Shown: positions 1 through 9,261 of the stretch, in pieces
Numbering within the stretch: position 1 is the first letter of the stretch
Layout of the letters: the number at the start of each line of letters is the position of its first letter
Assembly (NCBI GenBank): GCA_965222375.1
Contig: CBDCTZ010000005.1
Span: 192,001-256,000, forward strand
DNA from: Polyangiaceae bacterium
GTDB taxonomy: Bacteria; Myxococcota_A; Polyangia; Polyangiales; Polyangiaceae
DNA: 64,000 nucleotides
Direction of reading: 5' to 3'
Position numbers and translations under genes: made by a program
Notes under the pieces: model-generated
What the model was told of the DNA's origin: nothing
Databases searched by the model: none
The model's input: only the letters and a program-made list of their open reading frames with translations

Positions 1-744
1 CGCCAGGTGCGCGGGAATCGGCACGTCCTTCGGCTTTCCCGGGTCAGTTAGCACGGGTCGCATGTGCTCAACCTCCGAGACCTTGGTGCACAGCAATTCA
101 ACCAATCCCCCAGCCGACGTCATTGCGTCCAGATCCTCGCGCGTCAGCACGATGACTGGCGTGTTTTCTGCGGCGTAAAACAGCGCCTGGGAGAGTCGGC
201 AATGCCTGAGTGCGATCCCAGCAGCCTTGCCCTTCTTCGTGGAAAAACCACTCGCACCCTTCAGCGAGACGAAAATTCCGAGCCCAACTGTGTTGGGAAA
301 ATGATGACTCAGCAAAGAGCACAATCGGCGAAACTGCGGATCGCCGATGGGCTTCTTCCAGGCCTTGGCTTCAACTAGGAACTTGCGCTTGTTGCCGGAC
401 AGGTGCACGAGCTCGCACAAGTACGCCCAGTCCTCCCCGTCACCTTCCACGAAAAGGTCAATCTGCGACGTCGGCGTCGAAAGCGCACAAACGCCAGCGT
501 GGCCGTACAAGTTGCTGAACGCAAGAAACAGTATGTACTCCAGCAGCCTCCCAGCTCGTTGCCTATCGCCCTTTCGCGACGAAACACACAGCCGGTCCAG
601 CTCACCCAGAAGCGTCGGCAAGCTGGAATGAGCGGAGTAGAAGAGATGTGAAACATCACGGACTTCGTCAAGGTTGAGCTGCCTCGCGAGGCGACGCGCT
701 TTCACTATGTCCGCCAACACCTCTCCTCTTGACCGGCCTGCCAC
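1..744 (-). CDS. Mrr-like PD-(D/E)xK restriction endonuclease (3' end runs off window; absent from ORF track)
   Basis: Manual translation open from GTG 744 (alternative starts 720/717) to base 1: RAGRLLEYIL...SQIDLFVEG...FLVEAKAWKKPIG...LGIFVS...TPVIVLTREDL, i.e. E...D...ExK motif. Confidence 0.85.
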   Translation of the reverse strand, partial: MAGRSRGEVLADIVKARRLARQLNLDEVRDVSHLFYSAHSSLPTLLGELDRLCVSSRKGDRQRAGRLLEYILFLAFSNLYGHAGVCALSTPTSQIDLFVEGDGEDWAYLCELVHLSGNKRKFLVEAKAWKKPIGDPQFRRLCSLLSHHFPNTVGLGIFVSLKGASGFSTKKGKAAGIALRHCRLSQALFYAAENTPVIVLTREDLDAMTSAGGLVELLCTKVSEVEHMRPVLTDPGKPKDVPIPAHLA

Positions 745-747
745 GTG

Positions 748-1107
748 CTACTCGATCCGCAATGGCCCGCGCGTTCTTGCTTGGATTGCGTATCGCAAGT
801 CCTCCGGCTCAGTGACCTGTCTCTCGCACTCCTTGCAGACGTATGGAACCGGCTGAAACCCCTCAGCGTACGGGCGGTCATCGACAGCGTGGTCAACGCA
901 GGTGTGGAACACGAGGAAGTAGAGATCTGCAACGCCCCACTTGCCTAGGAGAAGCAGAGCGGCAAACCCAGTTTCGTACTCAAGGCCACCCGCGCTGCAC
1001 AACGTCGCGGCATCCGCTCTCCTAGGCTGGCGAAAGTACGCGCGCAGCCGCGCCACCTGATCGGGGTTTACTCGCAGCGCCGTTGAAAGCGTCAACGAGT
1101 CACTCAT
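748..1107 (-). CDS. Small putative Zn-binding protein (119 aa)
   Basis: ATG overlaps upstream stop (ATGAGTGA); HTC...CKEC motif; stop lies 3 nt before the nuclease GTG. Confidence 0.75.
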   Translation of the reverse strand: MSDSLTLSTALRVNPDQVARLRAYFRQPRRADAATLCSAGGLEYETGFAALLLLGKWGVADLYFLVFHTCVDHAVDDRPYAEGFQPVPYVCKECERQVTEPEDLRYAIQARTRGPLRIE

Positions 1108-2191
1108 CGGCAAGCTCCTTGCAGAGGAAGCGCAGGGCGCCCGGACTCCCACCGCAGCTCATGTAGCAGTTCAAGTGCATCAGCGAATCCGCGCCTCTTG
1201 CCTCGGCCTCCCCGAAATAGACTGTGGCGCGAAACCCCTCGGGACCGTCGGGCCCGATGCTAACCTGGTACGAACGCACGCCCCACTCATGCAGCAGGGT
1301 TCGCAATAGCGCTCGGTCAAGCTTCGCTATCAGAGCATCGTCATTGGCTACGCCGAGTGCTTCAAGGGCGCTTATGGCCAGATTGCGGGTGAGCTGACGC
1401 ACGCCTGTCACCTCCCCACTCTCACCCTTCTTGCCGCTCGCGTTCAACGCTACTCCCTCCGAAAACGCCCTCAGTCGAAGGTGCTGCATGCTGACAGCAC
1501 CGACGCCGTCGTAGCGTTCAAGCAACGTGTGTAGGATCAACTGGTAGAGATTGGGGTCGGTGAGTCCAAGCCCAAACTCAACAAGCAACGAGTTTCGTAC
1601 GTGCGGAATGTGCTTCCAGTACGGAAATTGACCTTCTTTTCGCTCCGGCTCATCCTGATCCCGGACGTAGAAACCATCCCAATGGAACGCCACGTAGTCA
1701 CTTCGGATCTCTACGACAACGTGCCAGCGAGCGCCGACCTCCTGAAACGTCCGCTTGCCCGCGTCGCTACCGGTTTCAACTGGAAACGGAACCCTCAGCG
1801 CGTGCACGTACCACTCAGCCCCAGCGTGGACGAAGGGGCCGTACCACTGCTGCTCACCATATTGGGTAAAGAACTCTTCTGCAGTCCCTCTCTGCATGTG
1901 CCGAACGTCGGAGCCCCGATGGAAGAACGCCAGCCAGGTTCGGGGCTTTTCCAGGTACGCCGCGACCAAGGACTGGACTGGAAGCTCGTTGTGGTCGTAG
2001 TCCCAGACCGCCGCGTCCACGGCATCAGCTTTTGTCGAATGCTTGCCAACCAGTTTGCTCAGCGCTTCTTTCGTAAACTCTGCGCTTGTGAGGAAGTGAC
2101 GGAGCGTCTCGGTGCCGTCGTCGAGATTGTAGTTGACGAGGCAATGTCGCTGGCCCCTCGAATCGCGAGCGTTTCGTGGCAATTTCCACAC
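1100..2191 (-). CDS. Hypothetical protein (363 aa), first gene of nuclease cassette
   Basis: Long ORF with globular composition, purine-rich upstream sequence, coupled to the next gene. Confidence 0.8.
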   Translation of the reverse strand: MWKLPRNARDSRGQRHCLVNYNLDDGTETLRHFLTSAEFTKEALSKLVGKHSTKADAVDAAVWDYDHNELPVQSLVAAYLEKPRTWLAFFHRGSDVRHMQRGTAEEFFTQYGEQQWYGPFVHAGAEWYVHALRVPFPVETGSDAGKRTFQEVGARWHVVVEIRSDYVAFHWDGFYVRDQDEPERKEGQFPYWKHIPHVRNSLLVEFGLGLTDPNLYQLILHTLLERYDGVGAVSMQHLRLRAFSEGVALNASGKKGESGEVTGVRQLTRNLAISALEALGVANDDALIAKLDRALLRTLLHEWGVRSYQVSIGPDGPEGFRATVYFGEAEARGADSLMHLNCYMSCGGSPGALRFLCKELADE

Positions 2192-2286
2192 CCCTTCCCT
2201 ATCCCCGTACCGTACCAGAGACCCGGCCCGACGCGGTACGCACGATTTGTCGCAACTGCGCCAGGGCTACGCCCGACGAGGGCTGC

Positions 2287-2475
2287 ATGCGAACAGTTCT
2301 GACCCTCGAACGCCTGGCCATCGATGAGTGGCGGGTTACAACCTCCCGAGTCGACTCGCACGGCGAAAGCGTTCCGGTCGGCGAGCTCTCCGCACCTCTC
2401 GGAATAGCGCTAGACGCAATACCCGAGGTCCTGCTCACGCTTGCGCTGATGGATGAGTTGGCCGCAAAGGGGTAG
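2287..2475 (+). CDS. Small hypothetical protein
   Basis: ATG-started 62-aa ORF converging on the RHH gene. Confidence 0.45.
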   Translation: MRTVLTLERLAIDEWRVTTSRVDSHGESVPVGELSAPLGIALDAIPEVLLTLALMDELAAKG

Positions 2476-2484
2476 GCCCAGTGC

Positions 2485-2649
2485 TCACCTTTTCCGCCTG
2501 GCCAGCTCGCGCTTCGCCGCGTCTCGGATCTTGAGACGAGTCCAGTCACTGACGCTCAGTCCCGCCTTGTCTGCCAGCGCGTGGAGGTCCTTCCACTCCT
2601 TGCTGCTGAGCATGACGTGGAGCCGCTTGGTTCGAGTGATGCTTGCCAT
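2485..2649 (-). CDS. Ribbon-helix-helix (CopG/MobC-like) DNA-binding protein, 54 aa (not in ORF track)
   Basis: MASITRTKRLHVMLSSKEWKDLHALADKAGLSVSDWTRLKIRDAAKRELARRKR: beta strand plus helix-GLSVS-helix pattern. Confidence 0.75.
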   Translation of the reverse strand: MASITRTKRLHVMLSSKEWKDLHALADKAGLSVSDWTRLKIRDAAKRELARRKR

Positions 2650-2788
2650 CGACGCATGATGCACAGTCGCTGTGCATCTGTCACGCCGGCGCTATGGAGC
2701 ACCCGACAGCACACCTCACACCAATGGCCAACGACGCACTGCCTCATGCAGGGCCCACAATGCGGCTGGACTGGTGACCCCAAAGCCC

Positions 2789-3109
2789 CTACTTCAACCG
2801 CATCCGCTTCAGCTCCTCGCGCACCGCAACTTTGTCTCGTCGACGGGCAGCGTCCAGAAGCCGGTGTCGCGGGCGCCTCATGTCCAACGCAACTATGTCG
2901 ACCAGATCCACGCCGAGGCGCTTCGCCAGCGCGGCGAGAACGGGGACTGATGGGAGCCGTTTGCCTGATTCGACCTGGCTCATGTAGGCCTTGGCCAGAT
3001 CGCACTCCCACGCGAGGCGCTCTTGCGTGAGCCCCTTTTCTTCCCGCAAGGACCGAATTCGGGCGCCGATTTGCCGCTGAAGCAGCGCGTTGCCAGAACG
3101 CCGGGGCAT
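2789..3109 (-). CDS. XRE-family helix-turn-helix transcriptional regulator
   Basis: IRSLREEKGLTQERLA...YMSQVESGKRLPS. Confidence 0.92.
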   Translation of the reverse strand: MPRRSGNALLQRQIGARIRSLREEKGLTQERLAWECDLAKAYMSQVESGKRLPSVPVLAALAKRLGVDLVDIVALDMRRPRHRLLDAARRRDKVAVREELKRMRLK

Positions 3110-3137
3110 TCGGGAACGCTAGCGATCGCCACGAATC

Positions 3138-3162
3138 CATGGTTAGCATGGAGCTAACCATG
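3138..3162. promoter_or_regulatory. Palindromic operator candidate between divergent XRE and membrane-protein genes
   Basis: Perfect inverted repeat CATGGTTAGC-N5-GCTAACCATG. Confidence 0.6.
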
Positions 3163-3209
3163 ACAGGAGGCCAATTTTTCAGCGGTTCTTTGGTGCAAGG
3201 CAGGGGATC

Positions 3210-3632
3210 ATGAAGCCCAAACCCGAGAATTCCCAAAGCGTCGGGCCCATCACAGTGCTGCTGGTGCTCGCAGCTGGTGCCGGGTTTGTCTATTGGTTCG
3301 GTTTCCGCTCCTCCACGGGAAGCGGCGGCGAGACCGGTGCCACCGCCCAAGAGAACGACAACACCACCATGGCCTGGGTCATGGCGCAGGAGTTCGTGAA
3401 GAAGGAACTCAAGTCTCCGGGCTCCGCGGACTTCGGGAGCCTGCTGCGCGAGTATCAAGACCCGAAACGGCAAGTCCGCGAGGTCAGCAACGGTCGCTTC
3501 GTTGTAACGGGCTGGGTGGATGCGCAAAACAGTCATGGAGCCAAGGTCCGCAACCGGTTCAGCGTAACGCTCCAGTTCGACGGCCGCGAAACCTGGACAG
3601 CCGTGGAAGGACCGAGACTCAAGCCTTGGTAG
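3210..3632 (+). CDS. Membrane-anchored hypothetical protein
   Basis: N-terminal TM helix; LKSPGSADF...GWVDAQNSHGA motif, typical of phage accessory proteins. Confidence 0.8.
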   Translation: MKPKPENSQSVGPITVLLVLAAGAGFVYWFGFRSSTGSGGETGATAQENDNTTMAWVMAQEFVKKELKSPGSADFGSLLREYQDPKRQVREVSNGRFVVTGWVDAQNSHGAKVRNRFSVTLQFDGRETWTAVEGPRLKPW

Positions 3633-3703
3633 CAAGCACAGTCGGTCATGCTGCTGCGCGCTTCGCGATTGACCTCCCCGTGGCTGGGTGACCGGCTGCG
3701 CCG

Positions 3704-5320
3704 TCAATATGGGCCTCGACGTTGGAACTCACCGCCGCTGCGGTCTGCGTCCGGGATGAATGTGCGGGTCCCGCAAGCGATGACGCCTCGACCTGCCCAG
3801 CTCTCGGAGTCGTCTACATACCCGAATGGGCCCGACTGCGTGTGCATCGAACCGGGATCTCCTCCGGATTGCGCCCCGACCGTCGAGCTACTTCGCGAGG
3901 CATACCACAGCGCTAGCACGAAGGCCGACACGAGGTCACCGTGGGCTCCGCCGCGGCGGGGCGAGGTTATCTTGAGCCCGCCGCCAGTCGTTGGCTGGCT
4001 CACGACCTCGCCAAGCTGCACCGCAAGGCGCGTCAAAGCGCTCGGGATTCGGATGCGCCCAGCATGCAGCAGCTCACGCGCCACGCCGTACGATCGCGCC
4101 TTGCCCATCTGGGCACCCGGAGCCTGAAACAGCTGGAGGTCGTGGGAGGTCGCCGCCTCGCGGACAGCTTCCAGGTAGAAAGCGTCGCTGCTGAATCCCG
4201 AGCCGCCATAGTCCCTCACCATCTGGCAGAAGCCGCCAGTGACCACGCTCGGCACTAGAGGTTTGCCCTTGGCCGGTCGGCGCTCGAACGAGCAACACAC
4301 GACGTATGAGGGCCGAATCTCAGAAGTTGCGGCGACCACAACACCCGCTGCAGCATCCTGACGGGCTGCGAAGTCGTAGCCGGCTCCGACCACCCAATGA
4401 CCAAGGTTCGAGAGCGAGTCGAGGGCGACCGGACACGGCAGATTGTCATCTAGCGCGTCCGAAATCGCGCCCTTGTCGAAGTACGCAGCTGCACCACCGG
4501 TGAACGGCACACAGTCGAACTCGCGCGCGGCGTTCAGCGGATCCCGGATTCGCTCGGCCTCAACAACAGCCCGGATTTTTGGACTATCGGGACGCATCAG
4601 CTCGGTCGGAGCAACGCACGCCAGTGCTGAGCTTGGCGAGCCGAGGTTTTGCCGGACGAGGTCATGAAGCAAGCCCGACTCCAACCAAGCAGTGCTGATG
4701 ACGCATAGGACTCCCCCGGCGACAACTCTCACCGCAAGGGCACGGAACAGTTCCGAGTCGTTGATCTCACCGCTGTCGCCGTCGCGGAAGAAGGCCGACT
4801 CGTCCATCAGTCCAGCCAAAAGCGTGCGACCTCGTAGCGCCGACCCGCCGCGCGTTGCCGGCAGGGCAGTCACAACCACGCTGTGGCCATCGGGTCGCTG
4901 AATCGTGAGCGAGTCGGAACTGCGGCCGACAACGAACCGCGCAAGGTCTGACGACGCCGTGGCGGCACCCGCAGCATAGCGAAGACCCTGACGCGCCAAT
5001 CGCATGTCCGGAGCCACAATCGGGCAGAACCCAAGTTCGCCCGCAGCAAGTCCCGAACAACTTGCGGTGAACGCTCGATAGAGCAGGTACAGCGAACAAA
5101 GCCAGGTCCCCCCCGCGCGTGCGCCTTTCGTCACCGCGAACACTCCGCGAGACTCCGACGGGACCGCATCGACGTCCCCAAATAGCGACCGGGCGTGGTC
5201 GCGCGCCGTCCCAGTCAGGTCGCATGGCTCGACAGCGTCAAATCCCACGCGGGCGAGAACCCGCTGCGCGGGCGTGAGATCGACACGCAGAACGCGATCC
5301 GCGAACTCTTCGAAGCGCAT
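3704..5320 (-). CDS. Terminase large subunit-like protein
   Basis: LTPAQ adenine-binding motif, deviant Walker A KGARAGGT, Walker B LMDESAF, coupling motif ISTA, AREF, nuclease GYDFA and HGDLVSA; start at ATG 5320 assumed. Confidence 0.85.
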   Translation of the reverse strand: MRFEEFADRVLRVDLTPAQRVLARVGFDAVEPCDLTGTARDHARSLFGDVDAVPSESRGVFAVTKGARAGGTWLCSLYLLYRAFTASCSGLAAGELGFCPIVAPDMRLARQGLRYAAGAATASSDLARFVVGRSSDSLTIQRPDGHSVVVTALPATRGGSALRGRTLLAGLMDESAFFRDGDSGEINDSELFRALAVRVVAGGVLCVISTAWLESGLLHDLVRQNLGSPSSALACVAPTELMRPDSPKIRAVVEAERIRDPLNAAREFDCVPFTGGAAAYFDKGAISDALDDNLPCPVALDSLSNLGHWVVGAGYDFAARQDAAAGVVVAATSEIRPSYVVCCSFERRPAKGKPLVPSVVTGGFCQMVRDYGGSGFSSDAFYLEAVREAATSHDLQLFQAPGAQMGKARSYGVARELLHAGRIRIPSALTRLAVQLGEVVSQPTTGGGLKITSPRRGGAHGDLVSAFVLALWYASRSSSTVGAQSGGDPGSMHTQSGPFGYVDDSESWAGRGVIACGTRTFIPDADRSGGEFQRRGPY

Positions 5321-5445
5321 GGCGCCTGTACTCCTTTCGACAAGTGCGCTTCTGGCAACCGCTCGGACGGCCAATGTCCCTGGCTGTCCGAGCGGCAGGG
5401 CCGCGACTTCGACCCTTCGCGGTGGAGCCTCCGCTGCCAAAAAAC

Positions 5446-6054
5446 TCATCTCCAACGCAGACCGAGCCACTCCTCGCACTGATAGCCAGCGAGTCCTGCC
5501 TCGTGAACCGCTCTGCGGAACGTCGCGGCAAACTCGCGGTACCGGGGTTTGACTCGGCCGGGGCTGCAATCGCGTAGGCCGTGCTGCTTGCAGAACTGCT
5601 CCAAGCGCGCCGCCGCGCTTGACCGCCGGGCAACGCAGCTCAGCTCTTCACGCACTGCATCAAGTAGCGCCATTGCCCGCGTTCCGAAACTCTCCAGGCT
5701 CAGCTCTGGATCCCCCCAGGCCACCGCCGCATCCTCGTCCGCTGCGTCTAGTTGGGCGCGAAAGCCCACGTCTTCCCAGCGATGCTCGGAACGCGCGAGT
5801 GCCTCACTCGCCAACCGATGTTGCGTACGTGCAACGTCAATCTGCGCCTTCGCGGCGGCCACGCCGCTTGCATCCAACTGACCGAGAGCCGCCTCGGTTG
5901 TTGCGTGCTCAGCTGCGGCGACCGCCTGGGTTATCTCCGCTGCCAACTCGTCAACGCACTCGCGCTCGCTCTCGATGCGCTCACGGAAGGCGCGGCTTGC
6001 GCGCCCAAGCTCTTCGTCGGCCGCGTCCGCCGAGGACGAAGTAGCCGCACTCAC
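5446..6054 (-). CDS. Helical/coiled-coil hypothetical protein
   Basis: Ala/Glu-rich ORF; start overlaps the stop of the 6051-6389 gene. Confidence 0.6.
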   Translation of the reverse strand: MSAATSSSADAADEELGRASRAFRERIESERECVDELAAEITQAVAAAEHATTEAALGQLDASGVAAAKAQIDVARTQHRLASEALARSEHRWEDVGFRAQLDAADEDAAVAWGDPELSLESFGTRAMALLDAVREELSCVARRSSAAARLEQFCKQHGLRDCSPGRVKPRYREFAATFRRAVHEAGLAGYQCEEWLGLRWR

Positions 6055-6389
6055 AGTCTGCCTCCATCGATTACTCGGCGCTGCGAACGAAGCCGGCGCG
6101 CGTGCCTAATCTGCGCGTCCAGCGGCATGCTTGCGAAAGTTGCGTCTCGCGCGGTCATGAAGTTGATCAGCTTCTCTGTAACGTTTCGCCCGGCCGTCGT
6201 CGAAAGGTCCACCGGTTCGTTGGTATCCCGTTCATTCTCTTCCAAGCGGGTGACGAATATTGCGAGCGCTCTCGCCACCGGGAGGCTTCGATCCTGGGCG
6301 CTGAGCGTCTGGTAGACGTCCGCCAATGAGTGGTTGTGAAGCTGTTCGGCGAGCGCCCCCAGGTCAATCCTGCTTAAAGTTCGTCGCAT
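6051..6389 (-). CDS. Hypothetical protein
   Basis: AAGGAAAG upstream; overlaps both neighbours in an operon-like manner. Confidence 0.65.
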   Translation of the reverse strand: MRRTLSRIDLGALAEQLHNHSLADVYQTLSAQDRSLPVARALAIFVTRLEENERDTNEPVDLSTTAGRNVTEKLINFMTARDATFASMPLDAQIRHARRLRSQRRVIDGGRL

Positions 6390-7165
6390 GTCTCGGTTCT
6401 TTCCTTGTGATTCGGGGCGCCTCCCGAGGTTGTCTTTGTATCGTTGTCGCTAGCTGCTGCTGATGGACGCGCTGAGAGCGTTTGGGCGCCGGCGGTGCTC
6501 GGATGCGCCATCAGAGCCGAAGGCTCGCTAGCGGGCCGTTCAGAGCCCCCGATGGACCACCAAGCCGGAGCCGGTGCAGTCTTCGCGCGTGCCTCGGCTT
6601 CGCGTGCGCAGAGTTCGTGAGCCGCAAGCAGGTTCTGGCGGCTGTCATTCGCAAGCTTGCTGCCAAGCTGCACCTCGCCCAGAACCTCGAACGCAAATCG
6701 GCTCGCAGCCAGCTGAAGTGCGGCAGACGCGATGATGCTCGATGGTGCCGGTCCACACTCGCCGCCCCCGATGCACTGAGCCAACCGTCGGACATGCAAG
6801 CGCCGGAAGGCCTTTGCAGCACCCGCGTATCGCTCAAAACGCGGATCTGCGAAGGTGTCGCCCAGCGCAACCCGCCGAGCCAGGCGCGACTTCCCCGCTC
6901 TCGCCTTCCCACCAAGGGCCGATAGCGCCCGGTGGCTTTCCGCATCCGCGGGGCGCCCATTGGCATCGCGGCGAATCTCCGGTTCACGTGGCCGGTTTTG
7001 CGCCGCCACGCCGGCCGGCAGTTCATCCGCCGACAGCACCTCCACTCGGGGCACACCCGCGCCGTGTCCATGGCCCCTGCGCAACGTCACCGCCAGCCTC
7101 CGCAAGTGCGCGAAAACGTTGGAGCCGGATCGTGTTGTCCGAAGGCCGGTGTCCGAACTGGGCAA
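6374..7165 (-). CDS. Hypothetical protein, possibly terminase small subunit-like (start uncertain)
   Basis: RDANGR-like N-terminal motif then helical core; position upstream of terL. Confidence 0.55.
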   Translation of the reverse strand: MPSSDTGLRTTRSGSNVFAHLRRLAVTLRRGHGHGAGVPRVEVLSADELPAGVAAQNRPREPEIRRDANGRPADAESHRALSALGGKARAGKSRLARRVALGDTFADPRFERYAGAAKAFRRLHVRRLAQCIGGGECGPAPSSIIASAALQLAASRFAFEVLGEVQLGSKLANDSRQNLLAAHELCAREAEARAKTAPAPAWWSIGGSERPASEPSALMAHPSTAGAQTLSARPSAAASDNDTKTTSGGAPNHKERTETCDEL

Positions 7166-7355
7166 TAAAGGCCCAGAAACAAGCTACGCGAAGCCCTTGA
7201 ACACCAGCTGGGCGAGCCGACGTGCACGGGTTCGCACGCAAACTCCCGAGCACCAGCAGCGTTGCGATTCACCCCCGCAAAGCCATCGCCGCATTTCCGG
7301 GTGAACCCGACCGTCACTCGCTTCTGTCGCTTCTGCTGCGTGGAGACGCACCACC

Positions 7356-7480
7356 GTGACTGTGACCGGCGTGGCGGCGCAAGCACAACGCGAGGCGAGT
7401 GTGACTGCGCCCCTACTACGTAGGGGGCGCGCGCACACACACTCCGGACGTAACGGTCACACTCAATCACAGTCGGTCAC
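7356..7480. other. Putative replication origin of the element
   Basis: Near-perfect palindrome GCGCCCCTAC-TAC-GTAGGGGGCGC (7407-7430) flanked by GTGAC repeats on the left and GTCAC/TCAC repeats on the right, at the helicase 3' end. Confidence 0.5.
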
Positions 7481-8764
7481 GCGATCCTTCCTGGCCGGCG
7501 GCCGCGCCGCTGCGACCACGGCCCGATCGGGGGTACTGAGGACCGCCAGGACCGCGTTCGGCACGAACCGACCGTCCAGGTACTGCAGCTGCGCCCGGCG
7601 AGCGCCGGAAACCACCACTAGCGCCTCACCAAGTTTCGCCAACGCATCGCGAGCACGCTGAGTCCCGACCCCCGCCTCTGCCCTCATGGCTGCTTCTAGC
7701 TCGCGCCGGACCAAGCCCGGACGCGAGGCCACAACCACCGCAGCAGCCCCAGCGTCTCGCACGACGCGCTCCCGAACCGCCGCGTCACGTGCAACCTGTC
7801 GATCCTCGGGGGGGGGCTCATAGCCGACCTGCGTGAAACTCTGGCTGCGGCGGTCGAGCCGAACGAAGACGTGCGCACCGGTTGCATCGCCGGGACGTGC
7901 GGTCGGACCGTGCTTGTTCTTTGCTAGTTCGATGTCAATCAGGTCGGACTCGCCCGGAACCGATCGAAGCCCCAGCAGCACCCGTGCAGAGAATTCGATG
8001 GAACCACTCCACTTGCCCGCGCCAAGAGTGGAAGCATGCATCGATGCGTCCCGCGAGGCATACGCCGACCGACCGAGCTCCGATGTAGCGATGGCGATCA
8101 TTCGGTGCGCGGTCGCCACTGAGCGAATCGCACGCACCCGCGCGGTCACGGCCTCGGCCATGCTCATCTCGCGACCACCTGATGCGAGTTGTTCTGCCAT
8201 GCATCTCGCGGTCTGCACCGAGTCGACCCCGATCAGAGCGCGACCCCCACTAACCTCGGCCGCGTACAGCGCGAGATCAGCGGCTGCGGACTCAATCGTC
8301 CAACGCGTGTCGTAGAGTCTGATCGGCAGCGACTCCAGCGCCTCGGACATGTCCGTCAGCACTGCCGGATCGCGGACCTCGCAGTGCTGACGAGACCACC
8401 CGGCGCGCTGCGCGATACGCGTTGCTAGGTCCGCCGGTTCTTCGTCCACACCCAGGAGCCCGACGGCGACACCCCGTGCGGCCAACACGTGCGCGAACTG
8501 CACTAGTAGCGCGGTCTTGCCGGCGTCAGGCGCGCCAGCGATGTACCAACGAGTCCCGTACACGGGACCGCCACCGGTCAACGCGTCCAGTCCGGCGATC
8601 CCAGTTGGCTCGTGGGTCAGCGGACCATCAGACCGCCATGACTTGATGACGCTGACCAAGGTAGCGGGAGCCAGCTCTGGCCCGGCAGTGCCCCGTCGCG
8701 GCGGACTCTCTGGCACATAGTCCGGATCAGGGTCTCGCGACGGATCAATGTACGCGACGCTCAC
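7463..8764 (-). CDS. DnaB-like (RecA-fold SF4) replicative helicase, C-terminal domain
   Basis: PTGIAGLDALTGGG, Walker A GAPDAGKT, VDSVQ, ATSELGR, SGSIEFSA, LAKNKHG. Confidence 0.9.
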   Translation of the reverse strand: MSVAYIDPSRDPDPDYVPESPPRRGTAGPELAPATLVSVIKSWRSDGPLTHEPTGIAGLDALTGGGPVYGTRWYIAGAPDAGKTALLVQFAHVLAARGVAVGLLGVDEEPADLATRIAQRAGWSRQHCEVRDPAVLTDMSEALESLPIRLYDTRWTIESAAADLALYAAEVSGGRALIGVDSVQTARCMAEQLASGGREMSMAEAVTARVRAIRSVATAHRMIAIATSELGRSAYASRDASMHASTLGAGKWSGSIEFSARVLLGLRSVPGESDLIDIELAKNKHGPTARPGDATGAHVFVRLDRRSQSFTQVGYEPPPEDRQVARDAAVRERVVRDAGAAAVVVASRPGLVRRELEAAMRAEAGVGTQRARDALAKLGEALVVVSGARRAQLQYLDGRFVPNAVLAVLSTPDRAVVAAARPPARKDRVTDCD

Positions 8765-9261
8765 TGACTACCGTCCCGGAGTTCCGCTGCCGCAGCTGCC
8801 GCGCCGATCGCGCCGCATCGAAGTCGCGCGCTCACCGACTGACACATACCGATGAGACGTCGACGACTCGCAAGTTCCTTCAGGTGCGCGACCAGTTCGT
8901 CGAGACCGCGACGCGATCGCACAGCCGGGGCGGCGTTAAGTTCGTCAAGCACGCGACGGGCACACCAGGGCCGATCCAGATGCCGACAGAGACTCACCAC
9001 CGCATCTTCGCCTGGCCCCTTCTCGCGCAAGAGCATCATCACCTCACGTGCCAGCGGGTCATGCAGCCAGAAGGGGTCGATTGCGTCGGCGCTCAATGCG
9101 CCAGCCATGACAGCGTCCACGCAGCTCCACTCAGCGACAGTGTCGCTCGGTAGCGGCAACGGCTCGACTGCGTCTCCAATTCGAAGATCCCGCCGCAACC
9201 GTCGGACCTGTTGAGCGAACCCTGCGCATGCGCAGGGGCCAACGCACGGTCGCACTGTCAT
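8761..9261 (-). CDS. DnaB N-terminal-domain-like protein
   Basis: AEWSCVDAVM...HDPLAREV...LKELASRRRLI resembles DnaB-N; 4-bp overlap with helicase gene. Confidence 0.6.
   Translation of the reverse strand: MTVRPCVGPCACAGFAQQVRRLRRDLRIGDAVEPLPLPSDTVAEWSCVDAVMAGALSADAIDPFWLHDPLAREVMMLLREKGPGEDAVVSLCRHLDRPWCARRVLDELNAAPAVRSRRGLDELVAHLKELASRRRLIGMCQSVSARLRCGAIGAAAAAAELRDGSQ

Noticed and set aside
64..948. Short plus-strand ORFs listed at the window start
   Set aside because: The region is explained by the minus-strand nuclease and Zn-finger genes
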